From Saccostrea echinata (taxonomy: Eukaryota), in NCBI RefSeq assembly GCF_033153115.1, contig NW_026889752.1, forward strand, positions 2,728,001-2,792,000: a stretch of 64,000 nucleotides of DNA. Direction: 5' to 3'. How positions within the stretch are numbered: position 1 is the stretch's first letter; each line of letters begins with the position of its first letter. The translations under genes were made by a program, and so were the position numbers. The notes under the pieces were generated by a model, which was not told the DNA's origin, made no database searches, and was given only the letters and a program-made list of their open reading frames with translations. Positions 1-13,569 of this stretch are shown here, piece by piece.

Positions 1-545
1 TCATTTATTATTTTTTTAAAAAGTATCTTTCCTTAAAATATTTTATAGGACAGAAAAAAAATCGTGATCGGTCGGGCATAAACGATTGTTCTGAATGGAG
101 ATAAACGCAATCGCATTTGCAGAGAAAGGCCCCCCTTTTATCTCTCGACCAAGTCCAGGAAATGTGGGGAAAAAATTCTTCCTAAAACCTTTCTTGTGTA
201 CATCTGTGCACCATAAAGCCATAAATTATACCTTACAAGTTGTCAATTATTCAATTATCACTTAATTATTTTCTAACAGGTTTAAAAGACACAACAAATG
301 AGCCCTTTTGTATGCACAATAAGTACTTCGCTTGACCAGGATTGACACCTATGACGTCAGAGCAATGGCGCGTAACATCGGCGATCAAAATATGCATATT
401 GAGAAATTCAAACTTTGAATCGCTGAAACATCAAAAATATTAATTTTCTAGCAAAGATTTTTAAATATATGATTTTAATAGCATGTAAACTTTGTCATAT
501 CAAAAAATTTTGAAACGTGATAAAAACCCTTTAAATCAGCCCTAC

Positions 546-3500
546 CCTTGTGATGTTTGAGTTCTGTTAGATTGCTGAGAGGAAGATCTGGTGAACTGAT
601 CTCCAAAACTACTGCGATTTTCAAAACTCCCAGATTCTGAGTTATATACAATGGGCCAGCGGTTGTCTTGTAGTCCCTGAAGTATTGCACGCAATTCCAT
701 TGCCTCTCTGCTCCGAGGTATATTAGTGTCCCCACTCATACTTGCTCTGTAGCTAAAAAAATAGGATTACCTGATAACTAATTTGTAAACTATTTAAAAA
801 CATGCAATTATTATTATCATGATAGTTACATGGTTGTACATGTAATATCATATAAGATATTTTTAACCAAAACAGCCTTGAAGGAGAAAAATCTTAATGG
901 TAATCTAATCAAAAGTGTTAACTTAAAATTAATACTTTAATGAATTCAAGACATAAATTGACACCAAAAAGAATTTTACTTGCAATATTTTTTCCTTTTC
1001 TTTCCATATACATATTTTGAAGACTTCAGTGTGAATCTATAGTTGTTGATTTTTTTTTACGCCCCCCCCCCCTCCTTTTTTCCATTGATTTCTCTCTGTT
1101 TAATGATGTATTTTGTTGTTATCTTATAACCAGTGACATTTTAATATTTACTTCTGCAAATATGCAGTCTTGTTTAAATAATTCTGACAACACTAAAAAA
1201 ACATCCCGACATGAAGCCAAGAAGCCAACAGATTAATCTGCATTGATGTTTCCATTTACCACATTGAGGATGTATTGCTTAATGTTGTGTATCTAGAAAC
1301 TTATTAAAAATAAAATCACTGTAAATAGTTTTTGAAAAATGTTTTGGATAGGTAAATAAGTATACATATATAGTATTTTATCGACAAGGTAAGTCATGCA
1401 CACCTGAATGTAATGATTGGAACTCAGAATTTTTTTTTTAAATAATTGACAGAAGCTGTCCTCAAAATATCATCATAACATCAAGTTTTTATGTTTTACA
1501 CATATTTAGTTCTAACAAGATTCAAGAAAAAAATCTTTTTAAAAAATTGAAGGAAATTCCCATCTCTTAAAATTGACTTTTTCCATGGAGAATAAGAGTT
1601 ACTTCCCTTTGAAAAGCATTTTTTTCCTCTCATAGTCATATGTTAATTTATATTGGGCCAATTATCTATATAAAAGTTTAATAGGTTAAATCCCCCTTTT
1701 TAATTGTTTTCAGAATACTTTTTTTATCTCTCTTCCACCTTGAATAATTTTTTAAAAGAAAATGCATGGACAGTCCGATTGCTATCATGTACAAGCATTG
1801 AGCACTATACATGTCTTGAGATTGAAATATTTCAAAAGAGAATTATTTTAACTTTCTCTATATCATTTTTAAGTTTGCAATTTATATGCCCAACAATCAA
1901 CAAATACAGGTTTTATAGTATCAAATCTGAATATTTGAATATTCTCAGGGTACGTTATAAAATGTACCTTTAAAACTGACAGCACCTTTGCATTATCTTA
2001 TCTTAAAGACCTGAGATGTAAGGCCAACAAGTATGTGTGAGATATCTACTGAACTACCATAAGACGAGAAACACATGAGACTTATCGATCAATACTAATC
2101 CATTAAAGCCAATCCGCAAGTGCAAAATCAGTCAGAATCGGGGCCTGAGTCAATATGATTTCTTTACACTGTCAGGTAGTTTGTTTGTGCAGAAAAAATG
2201 CTCAGTATTGAAGATTGCCCCTTTTTTAATACCCTTGAGTTTCATTCTGATCTATGCTTTTATTTTGCAAAATTAATTGGAAAAGGGAAATCAAATGAGA
2301 ATTTTTTTTTTTATGAGGTCCTGAGGGATTTAAATGGTTTGATGAAAAGCTTGGATGAATTGAGTGTTTGTAATCGAACTCTAAATCATTCTTCAGTGAA
2401 GATTTTTTCAAATAAACAGGCACAAAATTCATGCTGTCTTTGACAGACCACACTACCTTAGGATACCTATATGGTCAGATTAGCATAAACATTTTATAGT
2501 TGGGAAAATATCCTTTTTGTTGGTTATAAAAACGGTAAAGGTTGTCAAAATGTGATCAATTGTGACCAGAAATAATATTTGAGAAAACCCAAGGGCATTT
2601 AATGGTCATCATTGATATTTAAACCTCACATACAAAGAACACGATTGTATGAATATGACATGGCTTATATTCAAGTAATAATTACACACTTTAATGGGTC
2701 TGATTATATCTTGTTAATGCTGACTTTAATGTGTTTGGGGAGAAGAAGAAAAAGTTAATGATCCACCATAAAATTTTAAGCATTCTTTAATAAATATAGG
2801 CTGTGCCAAGTACTTTGTAATTTTGTGCAATTTAAAAGAAAGATTAGCATAAAAAAGCCCTGACAGATCCTTTTAAGTAGAGATAACTCATTTGTATTGG
2901 TTACAGTAAATTCAATGAAATCCTAATCATTATAAATGTTTAAAATGATTTTTTTTTTCTGTGTGTTTGCTTAATTCCTACTTGTTTATTCACCCTTTCT
3001 GGATTTTTTTCCAACATGAAATTCATTCAGAAGAGATTCTAAAACTTTATACTAAAACTTTATACCAGTATCTCAATTTTTAGTGATGAAATATTTTATA
3101 GTACATGTACAGATTTTACTAGATCATTCCCTGGTTGCAAAATATCTCAGCTTACCTAGCTCTGAATTTGAGATCCCTGAGATACGAGTTGAGGTCACTG
3201 CCTGGTTGTGATCGACAATCGAGCTCTCTTTGGTTTTCTGCTTTGCGTAATATTTTCATGAACATCTTGCTTTTCTCATCTGAGATACTAGCATTTTCTT
3301 TATCATACTCCTGCAAATATGAATGGGGTTATTTAATTAATAATCATTTTAATAATTATATATTTATTTTCATCTAAAATATGAATGAAAAACACATGAC
3401 TATCACTTGTGACAATTTTTTGTAACTCAGACAATTTTTGTGACTGAAGAAACATTCTACTTAAGAACATGTATATTAATACACAATTGAATAAATGGTT

Positions 3501-6500
3501 CTTATTCACAAGTAAAAGAATTGAAGATTACAAAACCTGGAGATATTTTTCTCACATGAATTAAAGATGGTTTAACAATGTACCAGAGATTAAACTATCT
3601 AAATTAAGTATATTTTCCCCAAGCAAGATCCCCCCTCTTGTTTAAAATTTGTATATCTGATAATGATAAAAAATATCAAAATACAATGAAATATTTCAGA
3701 AATATATATTAATGAAAAAGAGCATGATAATATCACATAGATTTCATGATTCTCAAAGTTTTATTGATCTGTGTATAAAAATTTATATGAACCAAAGAGT
3801 GGGTTGAAGCCCTCTCAAATGTTCTGAAACTGTTTCTCATATAATATATTCTCTGGCCTTTCTTCCTCCTCCAAGCACTACACTGCATCAGTGAAGGACT
3901 TTTAATTAAGGTTAAAAATAAGATAAAAAAGGTTTAATCCTCCAAAAAGCTAGTCTTGAGACTGATACCTGATTACAGTATTGTACATAACTTTAAAAAC
4001 ATATAGTGTACATAGTCTTGCTTTAAGTAAATATTGACAAAAGAGTTATACACCCACTAATAATGTGTTGGTATAGACTTGTCATCAGGGATCGACATTA
4101 ACGGTTGTCCGATTGCCCGGGACAAGTAAATTCTCAGTTCGGGCAAGTGAAATTGTCGACATACTTGTCCGATCGGGCAAGTGAATTTTTCTGATACAAA
4201 ATGTACATATTTATTTAGTTTACATCAATTTATAAATAAAACAATAAATTGAACACTTGATTTCCGCCACGCACCTGACTGACAATGTTTTGCATTTGAA
4301 ATTCCTTGGTAGCATTTCTGGATTATACCGTTCATTTAAAAATCAAGTTTGTTGTTTTCTTTCGTAGGAAATGCACTCTACGTCTAACAAAATTTTGTTA
4401 ACTTCTTATTAGGAAATTAGATTATTCAAGCACAGAATATAGGTACAGTGTAACACGTTGTATCCTGATCAAGGTAAGATGTATGTTTCGTAGCAACTAT
4501 CTTCCTTAAGCGTTGCTTCACAGTTATCGCTGAAAATCATGAATTACAAAATGATCCTACCGCAAATAATTTTCAAAAATATGATATTTAAAAAGGAAAT
4601 GGAGGGTTATTGCTGCATGGCAGTGTGGGTTAACAGGTTACATTTACAAGTACATTTACAAGCGGTATACATTTATGTACAAATGCAGGATCAAAATTTT
4701 TTCAGGTACCAGGTAGCTCAACTTGCCAAATTGACAGTAGTGTATTTCGTCACATTTTTTCTTTTCATAATGTTTGCAGTAATTAATAATTTTCGTCTTA
4801 AGTTCCATCCTAATTTTGGGCAACCAAGTTTTGCATTCGGACAAGTCAAAGTTTGAGATCACTTGCCCAAAGGGCAAGTGAATCTGAAAGTTAATGTCTA
4901 TCCCTGGTCATAGTCATGAAGATCAATATTGATGCTTATAATGTTTTGTGTTTCTTAAAGGAAAGACAGATTTTTGTAATTATGAAAATAAATTGAATAT
5001 CAACAGCAAGTATTCTTCCAATAATTAAATGCCAAAATAAATATTTGCTCTGTTCACTTGATCAATATCTAAAATATGCAAGTATCAATTTCAAAATTAA
5101 ATCTATGTCTCTGCATTACGGAAAACAATGCTGCATCAAAATTTCCAAGTCTAGTAAATATATAATATTGACTATTTTAACATTTTACAGTGTTAATTTG
5201 TCAATGAAAGATTTAGTTTCACAAATGTTATTAAAAACAATTATTGCTTTATTAGTTTGCAGTGCTTTCATTTAGTAACTGTTTGCATTGAAAATGTTGA
5301 ATCTATGCAATGAAAAATATCTTATTTGTCTATACACAAATGTAACACAAATTTTTATTTACATTATGAGGTGTTAATGGTTTTTCAAGTATGTTGCTAC
5401 TATCGTTACTTTAAATATTGACACTGAAGGTTCCGTACATCAGAAAATTAAATTTCACCAACAGAGAAAATTATTAGTTTTCCTTCCTGAACAAATAAAG
5501 AGATTTTTGGCTGCTCGGTTATGCACATAAATGATAGATCTACAGCTTAATGTAAAATTAAAATGAATCTTTGCTAAATATCTGTGGAGTTCATTTCTTT
5601 ACACTGTAAGTGCAGTAAAAAAAAAAACTTGTACATGCATGTTAAAATGAATGAATGGATCCTGCCAAATGTATATGCAAAAAAGAGTTTTGAAACATAC
5701 TTCAAAAATCTCTATAAATATTAATCTTAAATAGTTGCTTTGCATGTACATGTACTTGTTTATACATTCCTATGTACGTATGTCATATGGGTGGGTTGTA
5801 GATTGAGGGAGCTATGCTGGTCTTCTGATTTAGTATAAATTCAAGATTTTTTAATATTTGAAACCCAGTAGTAATATACTACTACTAGTATACTACTGAA
5901 CTTTTTTCCTCATACATATGCATGTATACAATATACTATATTGCTCGTTCATGTCTCCTCATTTAAATGAGCATACATGCAACAACTTACAGTTATTCTT
6001 AATCCCCATATGTACCGGGAAAACACTTTTTCCCTCACTGATGAAACAAAACTCTCCAGCATAATAGAATGTAGCAACAGTAAACATTGCTTGACAACAG
6101 GTGATTTTCCAAAAAATGTTGATTATGCAAAATTTATGTGCACATGGTTCAAAACTGTATTTGCATAAAGCATTCAGTATAATTTTGGATAATAAATATT
6201 GCACGTAGCTGAGGGTAACACTAAAAAATTTTCCCCCCGAAAACCATTGTAAATCTCGGCTGCATCTCGGTTGACAATGGTTTTCTTGGGGGTGAAATTT
6301 TCAATGGTACCCTCAACTATATGAAATATTTAATTAATAATATATATATGCATTTAATTTTAGTGAAGCATCTATGAGATTGTGTTTTCAAAAGGTTACA
6401 AGTAATAGACCAAAAATACCTCTTCATCTCCATATTGCAAAATAGACATGGCCAGTCTATCCAATGACTTTATCTTCAAAGAGGAATCTAATAATTTCTT

Positions 6501-7226
6501 CTCTCTATGCATTTTAGCAATTCTAGGATCCCCATAGGCCTCCTCCAATTCTTCGTCATCTTTAGGGGCAGTAAATAACATCAGTGCCCCCTTTTTTGTA
6601 AGGTATGTTTTAGGTAGATCAACCTTGTGATCAACAGAAGTTGTTTCCCTTGAAAGCCGGTTGTGAGTTGTTTCCCTTTGAAGTTTTTCTGAACGGCTGA
6701 TGGGTGTGGCTGGGGGAGCAATGTTGCTTTTGATTGACAAAGAAGTGGAACACCTTGATAGATGACCAATGGTGACTCCATGTCTGTGGTGCTCTGGTTC
6801 ATTTATGAATGGTAACTTCTCCTAATAAAGGTTTTAAAATATTTTAAATCAATCGTTCGAGTACATAGTTGAAAATATACATTAAAGTTGTTTTATTATT
6901 GAAAATTTAAATACAGATTGATAAGGTATTTTCATGGTATATATGTTGAGACAGAAATAGATTTACTTGCATGATACATTTCTTTTAATTTAAAATTAAT
7001 TTATTCTACAATCACTTGTTTAATACAGCTGATCACTATAATTTAACATACATTATTATCTATTTATTTTGTCATATATCAAACTTTGAACTTGTTAGTT
7101 TAAAATAATATTAAACGTAAATTAAAAAAAAAAAATAAAAAATCCCACCTCTGAAGCATGATCGGAATAAGGATCATAATGCGCCCCGTCCCAGGAGCCA
7201 TATCCCCTTGTCAGCGGACTAAGCAT
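546..7226 (-). CDS. KIAA2012: KIAA2012-like (DUF4670-type N-terminus) protein, 5' part; gene continues beyond the left edge
   Basis: Phase-consistent minus-strand exons 7226-7149, 6821-6420, 3310-3156 and 752-546, all with GT/AG ends. They give MLSPLTRGYG...DLPKTYLTKKGALMLFT...KIKSLDRLAMSILQYG...SQPGSDLNSYLRDL, resembling my recollection of vertebrate KIAA2012 (LSLLSRGHG, LPKTFSTRKGALILYS, LQDLKEAILAYG, QPG..YLR). A non-coding exon 1 probably ends at 7731 (minus-strand GTAAGA donor at 7730). Confidence 0.65.
4086..4906. mobile_element. Non-autonomous TIR element (MITE), CAGGG ends, 5-bp TSD GTCAT
   Basis: 17-bp TIRs CAGGGATCGACATTAAC (4086-4102) and GTTAATGTCTATCCCTG (4890-4906), 16/17 match. 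GTCAT lies at 4081-4085 and 4907-4911. Subterminal GGGCAAGT/ACTTGCCC repeats. Confidence 0.85.
6191..6335. repeat. Long-hairpin palindromic non-autonomous element (Crypton-like class)
   Basis: Imperfect ~65-bp inverted arms (GAGGGTAACACT...AAAACCATTGT / ACAATGGTTTT...GGTACCCTC) around a CTCGG-rich loop. The family assignment is inferred. Confidence 0.6.
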
Positions 7227-7730
7227 AATGATCACTTACAAATCAGTGCACCTGTAAAAACATTCCTCAAAGCACTTTTTCAGTTTAAGCGCTTAAAACT
7301 GTTCTTTTTTATATTCCTTTGGGGAAAATAATTTACACAATCTCAGCTGGGATGAAATAAACCGCTCTTTAAGTTATCATATTTCCGTGAGATGTGATTG
7401 AGCGAAACTTTAAGTCAAGTTAATCGATTATTGATCGTTGAGACCTCTGAAGTGTGTAAAAGTCGCTTCCATTTATTTACCGCTGACAGGGAAACAAATA
7501 TGGACGAGTTCATTATTTAAGGTGTGAAGGATATGATAACTGAAATACTTTGACCTGAAAAAAGATGTAACTTTTGTATATATCAGCATCACATATGCCA
7601 AATCTTAAATTGTCTAAAAATGAACATAATTATTAATTATAATTCATAATTCTTCCAGAAAATAATTCTCACAAAATCAAGAGGAAAATATTTACACCCC
7701 TTTCTAATATTCTCAATGGAAGCGTCTTAC

Positions 7731-7812
7731 TTTCACTTTATGGACATGCGCAGCGAGTCGCACCTGTTCTTCCGGCACTTCCGCTTTTAAATCTACACGA
7801 CTCGTCAACATG
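7731..7812. promoter_or_regulatory. Bidirectional promoter region between the KIAA2012-like gene and TMEM258
   Basis: A minus-strand donor at 7730 and the plus-strand ATG|GT at 7810-7814 are ~80 bp apart. Between them: CATGCGCA (NRF1-like), CTTCCGG and ACTTCCG (ETS/GABP-like), CAACATGG (YY1-like). Confidence 0.65.
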
Positions 7813-10800
7813 GTATGAAACTGTTTTAGTATTTTGAATCAGATTATCACTGAATAATCTCTTTTTTGCATTTTAGAAATTCAGCTGCTTTAAAAATACC
7901 TGAGTCATTGAGATTGGCATGCATAATCAATATTGGAAAGTAGAGAATAAAAAAACGTTGGCCACGTAAGCACTTAGAATCTCAGAAAGTGAAGATGCAA
8001 TATACCGGGTAGACAATAGATACAAAACATGCGATCGGATTTTGTATCAGGGTTGTCCCAAAAAAGTCGTACGCTCGCTAAAAAGTTAAGTGTGCTCTTG
8101 TTAACATAAAATTTCTTATCACATTAAAAAACAACTATTTTGACTTAATTTCGGGGTTCATTTTTTTTTAAATAACCAAAGACATAAAAAACAAAGATTC
8201 GCGAATCCGCCATTAACATGTTTGTTTATAGCTGCAGAACTGTAGCGGTATGGTTTTATGTTTTAGTCGGGAAGTTTCTAGTATGCCGGTCCCCAGAATC
8301 ACGCGACTGCGCATGAGCGGTTATTTCCCTTGCCGTTGCTATGCAGAATGTAAACAAACCACCATTTTCCCCTCGCTTCAACAAAACACATTCGATCGAG
8401 TGATTAGGGTTAGCGTATATAGTTTTAAGACTGGAACTGTTTTATCAATCCAGTCTTAAATCTTCCTGACTTTGGGTTAATTCATGTAACTTTTGCTTAC
8501 AAAAGGCACTGCCAAGTGCCTTTTGTGACCAAAAACTTGCATGAATCAGCCTAATGTCGAACTCTGCCGCTATATTATCTTTCAGGAGTAAAGCATGAAA
8601 AATGTAAAACTTGAGCAAACCGTTAATTAAATATCCGTGCGTTGTCTGCGATCTACGGATTAGGGTTAGAGTATATATAGCTCGGATATTGTGACTGTTT
8701 TATATGCACCCATGCTCGCATCTCCATCAATTTGGGCTTATTCATACAATTTTTGCTTACAAAAAACAGGAAAGTTTTGTGACCGAAACTTTGATGAATT
8801 AGCCTTGGTTTAATATCGAAACATGCCGATATTGTGCGCTAAGTTTAGGCAGGTTAATTATTGGTAAAAGCGATTTACCGTTTACTTGAGCTTGATATTC
8901 CAACCTCCGAATGTTCATATTCAAAATATTTTTCCTTTCAAATCAATGGTGATACACAATCCAATCAACCAACTACTAGTAATTAGTTACAACTTGTTAA
9001 ATCTCTGCATTTCTCACAAAAATCTCGCAATTTTAGTAGCATTTCACTTTGCGTCCTATCAACTATTTCTTCATTACGTCAGAACACAAGTGACGCACAT
9101 CATGAATATTTATGAGATTACATCAAAAATTGATCATGTGACCATATTCCTAAACAACGCAAGATGGAGTTTTACCTACTAAACAAGTATGTTATTTTAC
9201 GAAATCTTTTAATTCTCATTTAAAAACCTGTGTTTAAAAAACAGTTTTTTAAACCCAATTTTTCACAAGGAATACGAATTTTGGCTCAATTTTGCGATTT
9301 GTGGCCTTTTTGACGACTTTTGCCGATCACTCACGAGATCATATTATAATGTACACCGCCTTCGGCGGCACCTATTTTAGCACCATATTTATAGGGACCG
9401 GTATACTAGAAGTGTTCCGTTTTAGTCTTTGACAATAAAGCTACAGATCCCGTAATGCAAATATAGTGCAATTTACGGCACGAGATTTTCGGAGCACAGT
9501 TGGGGAGAATTTCTCCACTTTCGAAACATTGTTCAATTAACTACTTTTCACTCCCTAAATCCAGACATATTTTTTAAAAGTCTATATTTTTTCAACCACC
9601 TTACCCTTAATAATTGTCTCTACAGACCAATTAACTCTCTCTTTGAATTTTTGTCGGGTGGCAGAAAATTCAAAACAAGCGAGTTATTGTAAGTTTTGTT
9701 TTTTTTAAAGTTTTATGTGATTTAAGTTGCACAAGATTTGAAAAAAGTAAACAATAGGGACCGCAAGATCACATGAGACTTCGAACAGTTGCGAATCTCT
9801 ATTATTTATTATGTCTCTGTAATAACTGTACACATTTATTAAGAGAGTAATGTAAAAATAAAGAGAGCATTTAATTGTACATTGGCACACTAAAACAAAC
9901 ATAATTTTTGTCTCATATAACGTCATGCTCATAATACACTTGTACCACTCTTGTCTCAGGAACACATAAAAATTCATCTTATTTCTTGATCAGATTCAAA
10001 TTTCAGTCTTTTTTTAAAGTTTAAATTGTCATTGCAAGATTCAGAGAACACACACAGTTTAACATTGTTTGTATTCCATAATGTTCCTCGTCATCTGAGT
10101 GCCAATTAGCTGCAGAACTGTAGTGTTATGGTTTTTACATTTTAGTCTTTAACCATAACTACAGATCCCTTATTGCAAATAAAGTGCAATTTACGGCACA
10201 AGATTTTTTGTGCACAACTGGGGATGTATTTCTCCACCTTGCAGCATTTGTCAATCAAATACCTTTCATTCCTTCATTCTAGACATATTCAGTCTATTAC
10301 CAACCTGTATATTATATTCACCTCCTACCCCTTTAAAGTCGTATCTACAGACATGTTTAAAGAAATATCATCAGTAAGTGAACATGGTCGTCAAAAGACA
10401 GAAAATTCAAAACAAGTGAATTTATTGGTCTGTAGATACAACTACACAGGGTTAGGAGGTGGATAAAATATACAGGTTGGTAATTGAATATGTCTAGAAT
10501 TAAGGTATGAAAGATAGTTGATTGACCAATGCTGGAAAGTGGAGAAATACATCTCCAACTGTGCACAGAAAATCTTGCACCATAAATTGCACTTTAATTA
10601 TTTGCATTAACAGGATCCATAATGCTATGGTCAAAGACTAAAATGTAAAACCATAACGCTACAGTTCTACTAAGTGCTGATGTGAAACTTTCCTTGAAAC
10701 TCTTATTCATTATACCGTGTATTAGGCAACAGAAATGTATATCTCATTCATGTCCTTAATCTCTTTTTTTTTTTCTTGCAGGCGGACATGACAGTGGAGA

Positions 10801-11713
10801 TGATGAATCGCTATGTCAGTCCCATTAACCCTGCTGTTTTTCCACACTTAACAGTTGTACTTCTAGGAATAGGCATCTTCTTCATGGCCTGGTTCTTTGT
10901 GTATCCTTTTCAGACGCAATTCTATATTAAAAAAAAAAATTAAACTGTGCATAACAGTACTAAGTTCTTAAAGGTTTGGTATGAAATTTTTAATCGACAG
11001 CTGCCTATGGCATATGTATTTTGCAGAGAATTGAACCGTATTGCACGCAGTGAGACTTTTGGCTATATCTTGCTTATCAAACTTTATAAACTTTGTCAAT
11101 TGGTGCCTTTCTTGGGAATCTATGGCAATGTAAAAAAAAAAAAAAAAAGATGATCCCAATTTTTGTACAAATAAGGGATTTGTAGAGTTGAGAGTGGCAT
11201 AAAAAATCAGATCAGATTGTATTGAATACATTTCAAAGACACAGTTCATATAATCATATCAGGCTTCGTTGTTAACATAATTTGTTATATTCTTTAAGTT
11301 AATAATAAATTTGAAATCCACAGAGAATGAGAATAAGTTTGCTATAATTATCTTCAATTCATTATAAGTGTGTTCGCTGTAAGGATGTTTTACTGTAATG
11401 AAACTGCATGTGTAAATGTTGATGGTCTATGTGCATTGCCTGAGTCACAGAGTGACTGCTTCAAATATGCCAATATCCCTTAGAATCAATTAATAGATTC
11501 TAATGGCTGTACAGAAGTAAAGAAAAAAAGTCTCTCTAATTGAAAAGGAGCAAATTGTGTATTGTTTACCTTAACAACTGCATCAGATATGAGGTAACCT
11601 CTAACAAATTCACCCGTGACCTTTACAAAGAATTACTGGTATCCCTGGTAGCATCTGTGTTTATGGGATTTGGTGTTGTGTTTTTATTACTGTGGGTTGG
11701 CATTTATGTTTAG
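7810..11713 (+). CDS. TMEM258: Transmembrane protein 258 (OST complex subunit, Ost5/Kuduk family)
   Basis: Exons 7810-7812 (ATG only), 10782-10900 and 11587-11713 give [82 protein letters not shown], a near-exact match to the TMEM258 family. 3'UTR intron 11722-12618; last exon from 12619 with AATAAA at 12712. Confidence 0.96.
8269..9418. mobile_element. Non-autonomous Mutator-like element (9-bp TSD) nested inside a foldback MITE
   Basis: GTTTTAGTC at 8260-8268 and 9419-9427. GG...CC termini with inverted TTCTAGTATGCCGGTCCC / GGGACCGGTATACTAGAA. The two flanks join to match the uninterrupted host copy at 10108 onward. Confidence 0.8.
10108..10670. mobile_element. Foldback MITE with ~240-bp imperfect inverted arms; a second, interrupted copy at 8230-8268 plus 9419-9700
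   Basis: The left arm CAGAACTGTAGTGTTATGGTTTTTACATTTTAGTCTTT...TGCAATTTACGG is mirrored by CCATAAATTGCAC...AAAGACTAAAATGTAAAACCATAACGCTACAGTTCT. Confidence 0.75.
10901..11586 (+). other. U12-type (minor spliceosome) GT-AG intron in TMEM258
   Basis: 5' splice site GTATCCTTT at 10901. Branch site TACCTTAAC at 11567-11575, close to CAG at 11584-11586. No polypyrimidine tract. Splicing restores the FFV|YEV frame. Confidence 0.92.
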
Positions 11714-13569
11714 CAGAGAAGGTATGTAAAAACCTTTCATTGTCTTGATCTTGTGTAAATATATATGGTTTATTAACATTTTCTCTAATTTCTTTGAAAG
11801 AAAATGGGTGAACAAGGCTTGTAAAATGCTTATACATGTGTAGCTTCAAGTGACTGTGTATAATAAAGATCAAATAATTTAATTTGTGAACAGAGCTATC
11901 GAGTATTTAGAACAGAGTTTTGAAATTATACCTAGACCTTTCTCCAGAAAAAAAAATTCTCAGCAAAAAATAAGTAGTTTATGGTTTAAAAGAATTAAAG
12001 GATTTCTTGGGATTCGAAGTAATTTCAACCAAAGCAGAAAAAAATCATGAGAATTCGATTTTTTTCTGGTTAGATACTAACACTTTAACTACATGTATAC
12101 TATGAACAGCTGTTAAGAGACAGCAGCAAAAGAAAATTGATACCTAGGATTTTTATTACTTGGGTTCAGACCCCAAGAATGCCACTTTTTAAGCAACAGA
12201 ATGAGTTTTTGCCAGAAGAATTTTCCACAGAAATGTTTCATTCATAATAATTTTATACTTTGAATGATTAGAACTTAACACGAAATGCTAAATTCAAAAA
12301 ATGAGTATGCCTTTTATACATTTGAAGCTTTAGGCATTTTGCCTGCCTTGTTTGCCCATCTCATTTGACTTTTTGCTTTCTTATTTAAAAAATCTGATAA
12401 TATTTTTTTTTGGGGGGGGGGGGATTGTTTACATAACTTTTCCAAAGAGTTTTTTGCCTGAATAGAATTCTACTAAAGGAGCTTTTGACTGATTCATGTC
12501 CAACCTGTATCACCATCTGTCACTTTGATAATACAGACTAGTATTAAAGTGGATGTATATATGTGTGTGTTTATTCATGTATAATGTATTTAATATGCTA
12601 TTTTCTTTTGTCTTTCAGATCATAGAGGCTTTAGGGGAAACATTCAAAGAACTTCAACGCAATTCATCTAGTTGTCATTTTACATATGTAATTATATATA
12701 TACTTTTTGTTAATAAAATGTTTAGTATCGTAATTTATTGATATTTGAAGGGTTATTTAGGAAGCACATTCAGAAGGGAAAAAGTACAGGCATTTTAGGC
12801 CATCTAAAGGGGAGTAGATTTCAATGAAACGCAAAATATAAAAATGACACTTATTGTAAAATTTTGCATTGATATCAACACAAAGTGCAACAACGAAAAA
12901 TATATAAGAAAAAAATATTTTGTATCAAGTTGCATGATTTTTTTTAATGTATTTTCCAGTGTTTAAAAAATCTCAGACATTACATTGTGGAAGATGAACA
13001 GTTATCTTGAAATATTTAGGCAAATAATTACTGCACTGTGTAACAATGCAGAATGTAATAACGACAAAAATTATATTAATTTTGACTGTATTACATGATT
13101 TACAATTCACTCTATTTCATGTAGATTTTACAAGGATCTGGAAATAGAAAGTAGCAAATGGTTTAGCAAATAAAATGTAAAAATACTTCATGATAACTTT
13201 TATTTTCCACAACAAAATGCAGGCACTTGTTTCATACCGAATGCTAGTTTACTACTACATGTATATACAATGGATAATGATAATGTTTACATTAAAAGTT
13301 TAGACTTTATCAAGTTAAACTTATCTCCCCCTTTCTCATATTTGTGGATCCACCACTGAGAACGAAGTAAGCCCGTGATTAGTGATGTTTCAACTTTATA
13401 TGGGTAGTGTAGATTCAAGTATCTTCAAATCATAACCCCCGGTCTACGGTGGGACCACCATGGGGGATCAAAGTTTTACAAAGGAATATATTGGAAAATT
13501 CTTTAAAAAATTTCCTTCTCAAAAACAGCAAAACAATGGTTAGTCATATCTACATGGAAGCATTGCCAT

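Noticed and set aside
1-534. Right end of a Kolobok-like MITE (…CCCTTTAA)
   Set aside because: The left end is outside the window, so the TIR and TSD cannot be verified.
8402-8670. TTAGGGTTAG as interstitial telomere
   Set aside because: Fewer than two repeats, lying within an internal duplication of a transposon.
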